This document shows positions 11,633 to 12,072 of a DNA stretch of 12,072 nucleotides, piece by piece. The notes beneath the pieces were generated by a model. The model was not told the DNA's origin. It searched no databases and saw only the letters and a list, made by a program, of their open reading frames with translations. The translations under genes and the position numbers were made by a program. The DNA lies in the NCBI GenBank assembly GCA_040902005.1, contig JBBDYA010000054.1, positions 1 through 12,072 of the forward strand, in the 5' to 3' direction. How positions within the stretch are numbered: position 1 is the first letter of the stretch; every line of letters begins with the position of its first letter. Origin of the DNA: Gemmatimonadaceae bacterium (GTDB lineage: Bacteria; Gemmatimonadota; Gemmatimonadetes; Gemmatimonadales; Gemmatimonadaceae).

Positions 11633-12072
11633 ATGTCTTGGTGGAGCCGCCTGACGGGCGGACACGAGCCCGAGTCCCGCCGAGTCGACTACCTGAGCGA
11701 GGCCATCGCGCTGGAGCGGCAAGGACAGTTCGACGCGGCGCTCACGTCGTATCGACTCGCGCTGCGCCACCGGCCGAACGATCCGAAGATCCTCCAGAAC
11801 ATCGCCATTGCGTACTCACGAACCGGCCGGTTGGAGGATGCCATTCGCTCCTACCGCCGCGCGCTCGAGTTCGCCCCGGAGCTGTCCGGGGCGCACTACG
11901 GACTCGCCTTCCTTCTGCTCAAGCGCGGCGACCGTGCCGGCGCGATGACGCACCTGTCGGCGTTCCTGGCCACGCCGCCCGACACGGCAGAGGGCGAGCA
12001 ATTCGTGGCGCACGCTGACGCCACGCTGACCGCGCTGCGTGCCGGCACCGACCTGCCGTGGGGGGGGGGGGG
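11633..12072 (+). CDS. Tetratricopeptide repeat protein (3' truncated; absent from the ORF track because it has no stop)
   Basis: My translation: MSWWSRLTGGHEPESRRVDYLSEAIALERQGQFDAALTSYRLALRHRPNDPKILQNIAIAYSRTGRLEDAIRSYRRALEFAPELSGAHYGLAFLLLKRGDRAGAMTHLSAFLATPP..., about three canonical TPRs. Confidence 0.88.
   Translation, partial: MSWWSRLTGGHEPESRRVDYLSEAIALERQGQFDAALTSYRLALRHRPNDPKILQNIAIAYSRTGRLEDAIRSYRRALEFAPELSGAHYGLAFLLLKRGDRAGAMTHLSAFLATPPDTAEGEQFVAHADATLTALRAGTDLPWGGG
12060..12072. other. Terminal G13 homopolymer, probably a contig-end or sequencing artefact
   Basis: 13 consecutive G at the very end of the window, inside an open CDS. Confidence 0.6.

Noticed and set aside
12060..12072. 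Poly-G as a slippage tract or G-quadruplex in the TPR gene
   Set aside because: It sits at the exact sequence end, where two-colour sequencing or assembly artefacts are typical. It cannot be evaluated without reads.

Overview
GC-rich bacterial chromosomal segment of core and signalling genes, with no transposase, phage gene, CRISPR array, rRNA or tRNA visible. A Gemmatimonadota-like origin is my impression from composition and the 'LGA|Q' signal peptide, not a verified assignment. Gene order: recF (3' part), dciA/DUF721, gyrB (+; gyrA does not follow); an 81-aa two-TM protein and a thymidine/pyrimidine-nucleoside phosphorylase (-); an 80-bp REP-like palindromic dimer; a secreted TPR-like protein (+); a YtxH-like protein (-); a tightly packed five-gene + strand unit (DivK-like receiver, REC-GGDEF diguanylate cyclase, stand-alone GAF protein, ligA, stand-alone V4R protein); a Gpt-like phosphoribosyltransferase (-); and a TPR protein running into a terminal poly-G. 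The best candidate for an undescribed system is the five-gene unit. It is a kinase-less c-di-GMP module with two output-less sensor proteins and DNA ligase embedded in it. Upstream lie a good sigma54 -24/-12 match and a structured leader with alternative SD/anti-SD pairings. Novelty and conservation cannot be established without database searches.
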